Source: Octopus sinensis
Lineage: Eukaryota
Reading direction: 5' to 3'
Assembly: GCF_006345805.1 (NCBI RefSeq)
Contig: NC_043009.1
Span: 5,332,001-5,396,000, forward strand
DNA length: 64,000 nt
This document shows positions 25,226 through 37,900 of the stretch, piece after piece (within the stretch, counting starts at the first letter, position 1; each line of letters opens with the position of its first letter). The notes beneath the pieces were generated by a model. That model ran no database searches. It was given only the letters and a program-made list of their open reading frames with translations, and was not told the DNA's origin. The position numbers and the translations under genes were made by a program.

Positions 25226-25794
25226 GTTGATTCGTTGTAGTATTCAGGAACTAAACTGTAAAGCTGAGAGGTTATCATCACTCACATAACACTTTGTTCA
25301 TATTAGTAAACTTGAGTGATATATAATGAATCGAATCAAAGCCTTTATGACCAAGGGAACATCAAATATTCAATGAATCGCAGAGACATACCTCTGCCTA
25401 TGTGTGTATGTGTGTGTGTGTATGCATAACGTACAAATGTGTGCGCGCATGTGTATGTTTGTATGCGTACGCCTGTGTATGTTTGAGTGTATGTCTGTTG
25501 AGAACACAGTATCGTAAAGATACAGACATATTAAGGCGTGCTATCATGCACATGCATATACACCGGCATGTCTCTCTCTCTCTCTTTCTCTCTCACTCGC
25601 TCTCTCTCATCTTCTCTATTGCATCTCCCTCTGCCACTCTCTCCCCTTTTCTCCCTCTCTCTCTCTTCCAGGTATATCGACAAATATATATCATGTCATC
25701 TATCATATTCATACATACATTCCTAGATATATAGAAACATATTTTCGCGCATACGAACGGCAAAATAACTAGCAATCCATTCATCCTCGCATCC

Positions 25795-26386
25795 CTAGAT
25801 GCGTGCATACACACAAACACACATACAGGCATACCTACATACAATCATACGTGCATACATACTTATATATACATTCATACAGACACCCACGCATGCACAT
25901 ATACATACAGACATACAGACATACATACATAAATACATACATACATACATACACACGCCCATGCATACATACGTACATACATACATACATACATACATAC
26001 ATACACACACCAACGTATACATAATACATATACACATACACACACATACATACATAAATACATGCATACACATTCCCACGCATGCATACATGCACACACC
26101 CACGCATACATACATATATATATATACACATACATACAAACACCCACGCATATGCACATACATACATACATACACCCACCCACGCATACATACATATAAA
26201 CATACATAAATACATACATACACATATACATACATACATAAATACATAAATACATACATACATACATACGTACACACATGCATACATACGTACAGTCACA
26301 CATACATACATACATATATACATAAATACATAAATACATACATGCATATATACATACATACATACATACATACATACATACATACA

Positions 26387-26415
<29 letters not shown>
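25795..26415. repeat. ~620-bp compound (TACA)n/(CA)n microsatellite
   Basis: Directly visible; accounts for several spurious ORFs. Confidence 0.95.
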
Positions 26416-26417
<2 letters not shown>

Positions 26418-26698
26418 TTACTTTACATTGTTCTAATTTCCCTTTCGCTGGAGCGGTTCTGAATGGTGATTTTGATTAAGTCGCGTTTATTTTTTTTTTG
26501 CCCAGTTTTCATTCCAACTTTATCTTAAATTTATTGTAATTGCTCTTGCTTTATCTCCGCTATTTTTCCCTTGCCATCTTATTTCATCATTACATTGATT
26601 AATTCTTCACAACATTTAGTTAAGAAATAAGCAAAATTATGGATAAATTTTATGCTCACATTATATTCATTTTTCCATGACATATGCATATACATATA

Positions 26699-26744
<46 letters not shown>

Positions 26745-27817
26745 AACATATGAGTCTATGGTTGTATATATAATACATATATATATATATATATCTATAT
26801 ATATATATATATATTATATATATATATATAATATATATATATATATATTTGCGTTGTCCGTGTGTGTTTCTGTTTATGAGAGAGGAATGTAGTTTAGACT
26901 GTGTTTTATTGTCAATTTTTTAAAAAGATTGTTAGCAGTAAATAATATAACAAATTATAAGAACAACAAAAAATTCCACATGCCACTATGAAAGAAATAC
27001 GATTCGAAAAATTAGTGTAACTTCGAGTAAAACATGAACAGTAAGAGTAAAAATATATTTTAAAAAAACCTGTTGTGTTGACGGAGTTGTTTCCTGTCAT
27101 GAAATGGAATGAATATGTTTGGTGGGGGTTCGAGATATATGACTGAAATACAATGGAATGAAAGGCAGAAAAGCGAAAACCGTAAGCGAAAAAGAAAACA
27201 GCATACGTTATAAAGAATATTAAACTTGAAAAAAAAAAAAAAATATTAAGCAATGATGAACTTTAAACAAAAATGAAAATTAATGGGGAGAAAAATATAA
27301 AAACAAAAGAGTTATTACAAAACAAGTATATTGAAAATGCTAAATGATGAAAAATAAAGTGATGATGAAGCGATGAAAAGAAGAAAATTGAATGAGGAGG
27401 AAAATCAGATGTGATTCTCTGTCGAAAGTGTTTCGTGCAATTAATGTATTTTTTCCTATTAATGATGGGAATATTCTACACGCATGCTATAAATGAGGCA
27501 ATGTTTAACTAAATATTTGCATTGGAATTGAAGCAAATAATTGAAAATTATGTTGACAAAGTAGATCGATTCCAATGTCACCCACCCTCCAGACGTTAAA
27601 TTTTCTATCAATTTCTCTATTTCACTGTGTTTGTTTCGGTCACTCTATCTCTCTGTCTCTCTCTGTCTCTCTCTCACTCTCTCTCTATCTCTCATTCTTT
27701 CTCTCATCTTCTCTGTCATACTTTATACTCTTGTCAAATCTGTCAATCAATCATACTCCTGTTTAACAACCACTCTTTCACTATTTTACGAGTGACTCGC
27801 AATAACACACACACAGT

Positions 27818-27854
<37 letters not shown>

Positions 27855-28143
27855 GTATGTAGATATGTATGTATGTATATATGCTCTTGCCTGTGCATCA
27901 ATCTATGTGTAGTCGTATATGCACATATAGATGTATGCATATATATCCATATATACATATATATATATATGTGTGTGTGTGTATGTGTGTGCAGGTATGT
28001 TTTTGAATTTACATCAACACCATACAGCAGATCATTTTTCTTATATTTTCTTCACTGATTCAAAACTACACAGTAAAAAAACAGAAACGGTGCATTCAAA
28101 GTATTGGCTTCTTGTAGCTTCACCTTCGAGTGCATTCACACAC

Positions 28144-28175
<32 letters not shown>

Positions 28176-28189
28176 GCATATATACATTC

Positions 28190-28715
28190 TCTCTAAGTAG
28201 GCGGAATTTGAACTCAGAACGTAAAGACGGACGAAATCCAGCTATGAATTTTGCCCAGTATGCTAACGATTCTGTCATCTCGCTGACCTACATAATAATG
28301 GTTACAGTAGCAACACAAGGCTTGGAATTTTTGGGGTGAGGGACAGTCGTTTACATCGACCCCATTACATAACCGGTACTTCTTTCATCAACCATGAAAG
28401 AATGAACGGCAAGGTCGACTTCAAAAGAATTTGAACTCAGATCTTAGAGATGGGCGAAATATCGCTAAGCGGTTTGCTTTTCATGCTAATGATTCTGCCA
28501 GCACCCTTTCTTAAGCTAATACTGCTTTCAAATTTTAGCTCAAGACCACGAAATACGAGGGGGGAGTTAATTCTATTTCATGAACTGCTGTATCGCCCAT
28601 GAAATAATAAACGTATAATTCGACCACTGTGGTATTTGAACTCGGAACGTAAATACAGACGAAATGCCGCTAAGCACTTTTCTAACGTTGCAACGAATCT
28701 GTCAGTTCGCCGCCC
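28190..28715 (-). mobile_element. Three degenerate same-orientation SINE family A fragments
   Basis: Repeated GAATTTGAACTC(A/G)GAAC...GACGAAAT...GCTAA..ATT..GC motifs at ~28200, ~28430, ~28635. Confidence 0.7.
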
Positions 28716-28772
28716 GAAATAGTAATGGTTATAGTAACAATGATAATAATAGGAAAGAACAGAAGTAATAGG

Positions 28773-28856
28773 AGAAGAAGAAGCAGAAGAAGAAGAAGAA
28801 GAAGAAGAAGAAGAAGAAGAAGAAGAAGAAGAAGAAGAAGAAGAAGAAGAAGAAGA
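28773..28856. repeat. (GAA)n tract
   Basis: Directly visible. Confidence 0.95.
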
Positions 28857-29204
28857 GATGGTGGTGTGGATTTCCACCTCGGCATCAGAAACTCAGAGTT
28901 TTATCTTGGCTACCGAGTAATTGTCACATATTATTTTTACAGATATATATATATATCAGCATTTATCGAACCACGACGATAGAAAGTCTGTTAGTACACT
29001 TTATATCATATTCTACGAAATATATGCGAATACATAATATTTACGAAGGACTAATGAAAGTTAATCATTGACAGGTTTTTAACGATGCTTGCAGGTGGAT
29101 CTTTTTGTTTCTCTTTGGGATAAAAGTAAAACATATCGCACCAAAATTTCAATTAATATTGTTGTTTTCGGCATCGTCGTCTATCTCTTCTGTTTGCTCC
29201 TCCT

Positions 29205-29490
29205 TCTAATTCTCATCTTTCTCCTCCTCCTTCTCTGTCTTCCTCACTTTATTTATCCTCCTTCTCCTCCCCCTCTTCTTCCTCATGATCATCATAATAC
29301 CAATCTTTTCTTGTTCTCCTATTCTTCTCCTTCTCCTCCTCCTTCTTCTTCTTCTCATTTTTCTTCTTGTTCATCTTCTTCTTCTTCATCTTCATCTTCA
29401 TCTTCTCCTCCTTCTTCTTCTTCTTCTTCTTCTTCTTCTTCTTCTTCTTCTTCTTCTTCTTCTTCTTCTTCTTCTTCTTCTTCTTCTTCT
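29205..29490. repeat. (TTC)n/(CTC)n polypyrimidine tract
   Basis: Directly visible; pure TTC from ~29410. Confidence 0.95.
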
Positions 29491-29654
29491 GTGACCAGAT
29501 AACAGAAGAGATAGTAGTGTGGATTTCCATCCCGGCATCCGAAGCTCAGTTTTATCTTGTCTACCGAGTACTTGTCACATATATTTACAGATAAATTCCT
29601 CTATTTACATAATATTGACGTCTCTTTCTATCTTTTGTTATCTTACTGTTTTTA

Positions 29655-29740
<86 letters not shown>

Positions 29741-29746
<6 letters not shown>

Positions 29747-30396
29747 TGAATTGAAGAAATGGAGTTGAACGAAGATTGAACAGAAATCGTTTTATTGCAT
29801 TCTACACGTGTTTCGAAAGGCACAATTTACCAAATTCCGATTGAATAAGGAGACCATATTTTGTTTCGCCCCATATAATACACCTAATATTCTTTAAATA
29901 GTCAGAACTTTAGTCTCGGTCACAAAGAACATCTAAGCACCGGAATGACCGCTGCCTGACCCGTCAAAACCTTCAACGCACCCACCACCAGTTTTCAACA
30001 TACATTGATAAACAGTTTGGCCATGGGCTCTTAGGAGCCTCGTTCGATTTGTTTTGCTCCGCCTCTGTTCTGTTTTTGTTTTTTCCAACGGATTTCCTAT
30101 TTCTTCCTGAAGAGAAAGACACAATATGGTCTCCTTATTCAATCGGAATTTGGGAAATTGTGCCTTTCGAAACACGTGTAGAATGCAATAAAACGATTTC
30201 TGTTCAATCTTCGTTCAACTCCATTTCTTCAATTCACTAATAATATTAAAATTCAATTATCCGCACCAACGCACGGTTACAACACCATATGGTTGTACCT
30301 CCAACCGTGCTGTCTTCTGCTGTGATTTTTGCTACCAAGGTATCGGTTAAACTTTTGATTAATCTGCAACAAGATTATTCATCTTTCTATTTCACA
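29741..30396 (+). mobile_element. Short non-coding copy of the 11688-16348 PLE with 120-bp inverted arm (29741-29860 vs 30123-30242), flanked by (TA)n
   Basis: 29861-30396 aligns to ~15812-16348; left arm is the reverse complement of part of the ribozyme region; long (TA)n on both sides. Confidence 0.9.
30098..30190 (+). ncRNA. Type I hammerhead ribozyme (short PLE copy)
   Basis: CUGAAGA 30107-30113, stem II GAAAGACACAAT/ATTGTGCCTTTC, GAAACACGUGUA ending at 30180; one stem I mismatch (GAATGCAATA). Confidence 0.82.
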
Positions 30397-30399
30397 ATA

Positions 30400-30489
<90 letters not shown>

Positions 30490-30490
<1 letters not shown>

Positions 30491-31620
30491 GCTGAGGAGT
30501 AAAATGGAAGCAACGTGTTGAAACATGAAATTCATCACAATATATTTCAACGATGCTCAAATTTTATTCATGAAACTATGTACCATTACAATCAGCGCAT
30601 TTTTGCACTCCCTCTCTCGCAAGAAACCATGAAGCTACTTGAAAAAGTGGTAGTCGGTAGCAAAAAGGTCTGAGAAATAAGCTGGGTGGGGAAGAAATTC
30701 GTAGCCAAGTTCCTTAAAAATCTTGACCATCATTAGTAAAACGTGTGGTCGACTATTCTCATGAAGAATGATAGGCTCTCTTCTGTTGACCAGTCTGGGA
30801 CGGAGGAGTAGCAGTTTTTTGTTCATTTTGGAAATTTCATGACAATATGTTTCTGCAGTAATGGTTTTTTCTGGGTTTTAAGAAATTATAGTTGATGAAT
30901 CCAGCTGTACACCATCAAACAATCATCATAACCTTGTTTTGAACAGCGCGGGTTTAAGGAAGTTTTTTCTAACCACTGCGAAGACCGTTTTTATTATTGT
31001 ACAGAATCCACTTTCCATTGCAAAATGGTCGAGAAACGGATCGGTTTGGTTACGAAGAAGGGACGAGCAAATTTCATATCTGTGTAATTATGATTTTCAT
31101 TCAAATCGTCTGGTATCCATTTGTTGAACCTTTTTGATTTTCCGATCGCATGCAAATGGTTGGAGGCTGTTTTCTGACTAACTTAAGTTCTTTTGCCAGT
31201 TCACGATTGGCTTTACGTGGATCTTTCTCAATGGCGGTCTTTAAGTGACCGTCACCGACGACAGATGAGCTTTCAGTGCGTTCACAAACTTCAAGGCTCA
31301 GTTCTCCACAGCGAAATCGTTTAAACCATTTTCGAGTTGACCAATCACTGGTCATTTCCTCACCAAACGTTTCATTGATATTCCGAGCTTTATGTTCTTT
31401 TTTGAAGATGAATAGCAAAATTGCACGAATATCGTGCTTTGATAGTTCCATCTCCGATGATTGTAACAACAGTAAAAAAAATATCGATGTTGATTTATTG
31501 ATGCATCTGGGCAAGTCTATATCTGTATTATCAAACGTTTGCAAAAATTGTTTTAAAAAATTCAAAACTCTGCAAAAATTCCGGTACAAATTCTTGATGG
31601 TTCAAAACGTTGCTTGCTTT
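30490..31620 (-). pseudogene. Degenerate mariner transposase (cecropia/Hsmar1-like)
   Basis: MELSKHDIRAILLFIFK...WFKRFRCG, KWIP, LHENSRPH, LPHPAYFSDLFATDYHFFK; TIRs not found. Confidence 0.85.
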
Positions 31621-33301
31621 TCGTTCATCTTATGATTTCGTTCATCATATAATTTTTAGGTTGCTTATTTTTTGGGGGTGGGGTCGGAAGATTTTAATGC
31701 TATTGCATACACGGAAGCTCTTACGTGAAGGTAATATGATATGATTTCAATTAACCACTGCCTCAATATTCCGTCAACCCACAGTAAATTACTTAGATAT
31801 GAATTATTATATTTGTGATGTGCATCGTCTCAGAGTCAGCCACTTGTATTTCGAAATAGGTATATCACTATCTGTTTACGTGACAGTCGTTTTGTTGTGA
31901 TATGAACCAGTGAAGTATGTAAAAAAGATAAGTAAAAGAAAGACAACATAAAACTCCTTCCCGAATCGCATAGACTCATGGGGCCAGTAAGTAGTGTTTT
32001 GCTCCAGAACACAACGCATCGCCCACTCCAGAAATCAAAACCACAAGCTTAAAATAATGAGTCAAACACATTGACCCTTAAACCACACAACTCCACAGTG
32101 AAATTTGTAACTAAAATTATTCCACAATGAACTGCTAGACATAGTTAAGTCTCTTATATGTATGTTCATCATTTAATATTTATGTTCACCGTTTAATATG
32201 CATTTCGTCCTTCAGAAACCAAGAATTTCTGGAGTCTTACACAATTTGGTATATAATTTAGAATTTACAAGTCACTATTATATATGAAACTAACCAAATC
32301 AGCACACATCAGAATTACGGTCAGACTGTCATGTATTTGTGTACTGTGATTGTGAAAATATTACTCTATCAATATGACCAGTAATTTTACTGGCTCTTAT
32401 ATCGGCCCCAATACAATGTAATCTTAAATAACTCCTAAAAAAAGAGATATATAATGGATATTTGTGTGACTATTATATGTTGAAAATTCAAAATAAAATG
32501 CTTTAAGAATTGTGTGCGTACAAGCTTCAGGTTCCTGATCTATTCAAAATATATATCATTTTGCTGGAATATATCCACTGCTTAAAGAAGGTATGAAAGT
32601 ATTTCGAACCTTTAGTTAATGTGTTTATTGATTCTTGTTTTATAGATTTATATTAGTTATATATAACGCTTTTAGCAAATTTTATTTTGGCAACATTTGC
32701 AATAGGATAACACGTAACTGTTATATTTTACTCAAGCTACTCTATCAGCATCTCAGTTTCAACAAAGTAAAGGTTTCGTTAACCTCACAAAAATATATTC
32801 TTCTCAACGAAACTCAATTATATTCTCTACAGTAGTGTATAGAAAATGCGTAAAGTAATGTACATGTTATGTGAGGGATTACTTTTCTTGTGGCATTTAT
32901 GCTGATTAATTATTATTTTATGATCTGGGTCTATCAGAAAAGAAACACTTATCAGAATGAACATGAGCCACTGTAACTCTATATAGGCACGACTAACTCG
33001 AAGTAAGACGACGCTGAGCGAATAATGATGGGATGCTTTCATAAAAATAGTAGAATTTGAAGACTTTCACAGTATGTTAAATCGATTATAATCTATTTGC
33101 AATGTTATTTGCTTCTTTCGGTATCACTCTTTCAAAAGTCTACTATCAATGCCACGCCTCCCGCATGTACACACATACATGAACGAAATACAAATTTACA
33201 AACACGTTTTTACAGATGCGTTTATGCTGAGAAAAACGTACTTTCAGTTACACAATCGCCTATGTTACGAACATAGCCTTTTATATTAACTTTTATTAAG
33301 A

Positions 33302-33683
33302 ACTAGCGGTATCACCCGGCGTTGCTCGGGTTTGTAAGGGAAATAACTATATAAGCATTTTTAGAGATGTAAAGTATAATAGCCATCTCAATATGGCTAA
33401 CCACAAAGGGGGGTGTTACTGTAGCTTTTTACGTTCTGAGATTTAATAATACATTTTTAGAGAGTTACTTCCCTTATATAAACCGAGCGAAAAATTATGG
33501 TAATTTTTTTTTAAATTCGTAGACTCATCGTAGACGCGCGCTAATACCCAGAAGGGCTCGATATGAATCACGACTATAAGATACCCGCTTTTGGTTACAC
33601 TGCACCGCAAAATGTGGGAGTAGTTAGGAATCTAAATCGTAGGAGACATACAGCACACAACTTGACTTTTATATATAAAGATT
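33302..33683 (+). mobile_element. Putative non-autonomous Helitron/Helentron-like element
   Basis: 5' ACTAGCGGTATCACCCGGCGTTGCTCGGG hairpin, subterminal IR 33336-33348/33463-33475, 3' end CTTTTATATATAAAGATT; related 5' fragment at 9110-9140. Confidence 0.5.
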
Positions 33684-33886
33684 AGTTGTATATAAAAACT
33701 GAAAATGTCATACAGGAAATATGCCTTCATATACAAGTAAATTTATTTTTGCAATTGTAATTTTATAATGGATTTCAATGAAGTGTAAGAGAGTATATAA
33801 AGAAAGTTATAAGGAAGATCTGTAGATAGAACTATTCAAACAGAAATAGAATATAGAAATATGTGAATGTATGCATGTGTATATGT

Positions 33887-34103
33887 GGAGGCACATGGTT
33901 AGTGGTTAGAGCAGCGGACTCTCCGGCGAGGGATCGTGGGTTCGAATCTCAGACCGGGCGATGTGTGTGTTTATGAGCGAAACACCTAAGCTCCACGCGG
34001 CTCCGGCAGAAGGTAATGGCGAACCTCTGCTGACCCTTTCGCCACAACTTTCTTTTTCCCTCTTTCCTCCTTCATCTTGCAGCTCACCTGCGACGGACCG
34101 GCG
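33887..34103 (+). mobile_element. tRNA-derived SINE family C, 3'-truncated
   Basis: GGAGGCACATGGTTAGTGGTTAGAGC...GGGTTCGAATCTC; homologous to 431-690. Confidence 0.8.
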
Positions 34104-36510
34104 ATGACAATTGGTTGGTTCCCAAACGAAAATTCCGCAAAATATACACGGATACGATTGTTATCCGATGCTGTAACACATCTTACACTTTGCCAACACC
34201 TAAACAATACATATCCTATATAATGACACGCAAGTAATATAACGCTACGACAATTCGCAAACACGCTCTTTGTCCACAACAAACATCCCGACCACTCATA
34301 CAACACATACGAAATATAATAATTGTCCAGGAAACAAAGTATAGGTAGATATATTTACATATAATATAGATACATATAATATATTCTGCATATAAATCTC
34401 TGAGATAACATTAGAAATAAAGAAACAACAATATTCCTATAGTAGATTTCAACAAAAGTAATATATAGAAACTATTCTGCCAGCCCCGGAATGAATGCCA
34501 GAAGCATAGAATAATACCTAGTGTTCGGGCAGGAACGAATTCTACGGGAAACATTATGGAAATAATGATATAAATTTTGAAATACTCTTCGTTCGTATAC
34601 ATATTTTTTTGAAAATTACAAGAGTTTGTAGTACAACAAATTATCAGTATAGACTTTGAAACGAATAAAATAAACAAATGGGTTTAGAAGAGGAGGATCA
34701 GAAGATCCCGGGTTGTCTTGCAATGGCTTAGGGTGATGCATTATAGAAAACATATCCGATGAATCGCAACAGTTCACAACTGCTTTTATTTTATTTAATC
34801 CAAAATCATCAGAAGTAATTTTCATACCACTTGGTTCTAAATTTAAATTTCAGGAGCGTGATTGATTGCTTTGAAATTGCATGATTAAAGAAAGAGCATA
34901 AACGTAAATTAAACAATTATAAATGGTTTTTGAGCACATGATGGCCAATATGTATTACAGATATCACCGATAAATGGTTCAAGATGGAAACTCCTCGTCA
35001 GCCTGAATTCCACGAAATTTGCCAAACATTGGAAACACAATTTTTTGTTTTAAATCTATTCGACACACATTATAATAAACAAGAAGCAATATCATTCAAC
35101 TTCCAAACTACAGATAGTGGGAAACAGCCATATTTTTCAGTTATCATACAAAACTATGATTAGCTAAAGAGAACAAAAATTAGATGGATTTGCAAAGAGC
35201 CAGGGAGATGTCCTAGAATTATTATCGGAATGCGTGGAGATCATTTAACCCATTATATTTAAAACTATATAGCTTCGACTAAATTCAGATATCATTTTTC
35301 ATTGTTAGGTATCATGTTACTATTATCAGGAGAACAGCATTTTCCATTATTCATAATATTCATTACGCTTTTTTTCTATCAATCTAAAACTCTTGTAGTT
35401 GAGAGTTTATGACGGTAAGTTGAGTTATGTTTCGTATTACTTGGTTGTATACAGGAAAGGAATATAAAGAGTTGTCATATTGGCAACCGAAAGCAAGATG
35501 AATGGCGTCATTGGCGAGCAGCTTGAATAAGTAGATGAACCCAGAGAATATGATTGTTTCTTACATTCATGAGTAGATGTTTCCATTTTCAATTTGCAAA
35601 TGTGCCAGTTTTACGTTATACATACCGAGAGAGATAAATTTGTTGGGCATAATATAATAGAAAACAATAATTCAAAACGAAGGTTCGGTTACGAACCAGG
35701 TTTGCAATAAGAATAAAACAACTTCAGAAACCAAATTTGTGAGGCGTGTTCCCAAAACATCAAAGTCCGACGTATTCGTAAACGGCTACGCGTTTAGCTA
35801 CCGTCGTGGACTGGCCAAAATTAATCATCTACGTGACTAGTGAATAATAGCAAAGACCAAAAACAATGATCATTGCTGACCATTATCGATTATTTTAAGT
35901 CACTTAACCTTTCTTTGTCTTATTATATCTTCTATTATCGTTACATCCTCCAATTTCTATATCTTCAATATACATACATATGCGCGAACGCACAAACGTG
36001 TATAGCTTTATATTTATTCGTTCATTTTTGACCTAAGAATATCTCTATTCAGGCGGGTGTGAAAAATATATATGTCATTTTCCTTGTGTAAACCTACAGT
36101 TGGTTCTCAATAGGAGGTCAGACCACGTTAGAGCAATTGCTTATATTAGAAGATACACATTTAGGAATGGCCGGAAGGAAGCTGTCTATAATTGTGTTTG
36201 TAAAGAGAGAAGTGTGAGACGGTTTCAAGGAAATATAAAGAGCAAAGACTAACTGGAAGATATTCTTGATGTCTATAATTTATTTTTGTCTTTACCTTTA
36301 TGTTTAATTCATCTGTGTAGGCGTTTGTGCACTTTTTAACGTATGTTAAAAATATATGTTAGACATAAAAATATATGCATACGCTCATATAAATAGAGTT
36401 ATAAAAAGAGCAGCTGTGATACTATGTATAAATTCATGTATATATACACTCACAGGCATATATTTGCGTATGTATATATGTATGTGTATATATATATACA
36501 TATACATATA

Positions 36511-36561
<51 letters not shown>

Positions 36562-36690
36562 CTATAGATAAATATATACAGATATATATATACATATATG
36601 TATGTATATATATATGTATGTCTATGTGTAAATATATATATATGTATGTATATACATATATATATATATATTATATATATATATATATAT

Positions 36691-36744
<54 letters not shown>

Positions 36745-36869
36745 CGTGTTTAAAACATATATTGCATATTCTATATATACAATCAATATACATATATATC
36801 AAGATATATATATACATGCATTTATGTGTGTGTCTAAGTGTGTGTATGTATATGTGTGGGTGTATATAT

Positions 36870-36917
<48 letters not shown>

Positions 36918-37337
36918 TAATTTAAAAGATTATATTTTTATACTGAATTATTTCAACATATACATCATGCTACATTTGATCTAAATGATTTAAGGCATTG
37001 AAATTTAACTAGATTTAAATTCTGCATAAATTCCCTAAATAAAGATCGAGAGTATTTGATCGCTAATCGAATGCAGATTTCTGAATATTAAAATTCAGCA
37101 TCAAATGAACTTCGATTGATCAAGTAAAAGTACATAAACTACACTTTGCGGAGCATCGGGTCGAAAATGTTTTGCGACGTAGAATCCTTAAAAAGTTAAA
37201 TTGTCATATAGTAACAGTAATTTTAATTACATTTTATCTATATTTATAGTCTTCGTCATTTTATTAATCAATATATTTAGTTGTATAGCAAAATACATCT
37301 GTATAAATAGATAGAATAAAAAAAACACAGTTTGCTA

Positions 37338-37900
37338 TTGGGTTGTCCGGAAAGTTCGTGCCGATTTTTAAAGGAAACTAAAATCTCAATAAATACTTGC
37401 CATTACATTTTTAATCAACCAAATATGAGCCATTTTCTTGAACACTGCGTCTCCATCTTTCTTTTAACTTAAAAACACCCACTTCCCAGAACTAAGGTTG
37501 TTTCATGGCTAAGCATTCATCAAGGTATCTTTTTACGTCATCCAAGGAATTGAAATTTTTACCACTAAGACTATTCTGCAGAGACCTGAATAGGTGGAAA
37601 TCAAAAGGAACCATATCTTGTGAATATGAAGGGTGGGGTAATGCATCCCAGCCGAGCTGCAGCAATTTTTGTCTGGTTCCCAAAGGATCAAGTGTCGAAA
37701 ATGAACTTTCTAATCTTCCATTTTAAAGGGTTGCAGAATTAACACAGGTTATTGGAACATAAACCTTCTTACACGAAAAGATAGCTTAAACTGTGTTCTA
37801 AATGGAGCTGTAGCTAAATGCTATTTTATTGACTCAAACATGTAAATTAAGTCGAAATGTAAGCTACTATAAATCGGCAAGAACTTTCCGGACAACCCCA
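37338..37900 (-). mobile_element. Internally deleted mariner (563 bp) with 30-bp TIRs and TA TSD
   Basis: TTGGGTTGTCCGGAAAGTTCGTGCCGATTT vs reverse complement of 37871-37900 (28/30); TA at 37336-7 and 37901-2; N-terminal ME(D)*KVHFRHLILWE fused to GTRQKLLQLGWDALPHPSYSQD. Confidence 0.93.

Noticed and set aside
34411-34825. Two minus-strand ORFs of 88 and 69 aa
   Set aside because: No motifs; composition typical of AT-rich non-coding DNA
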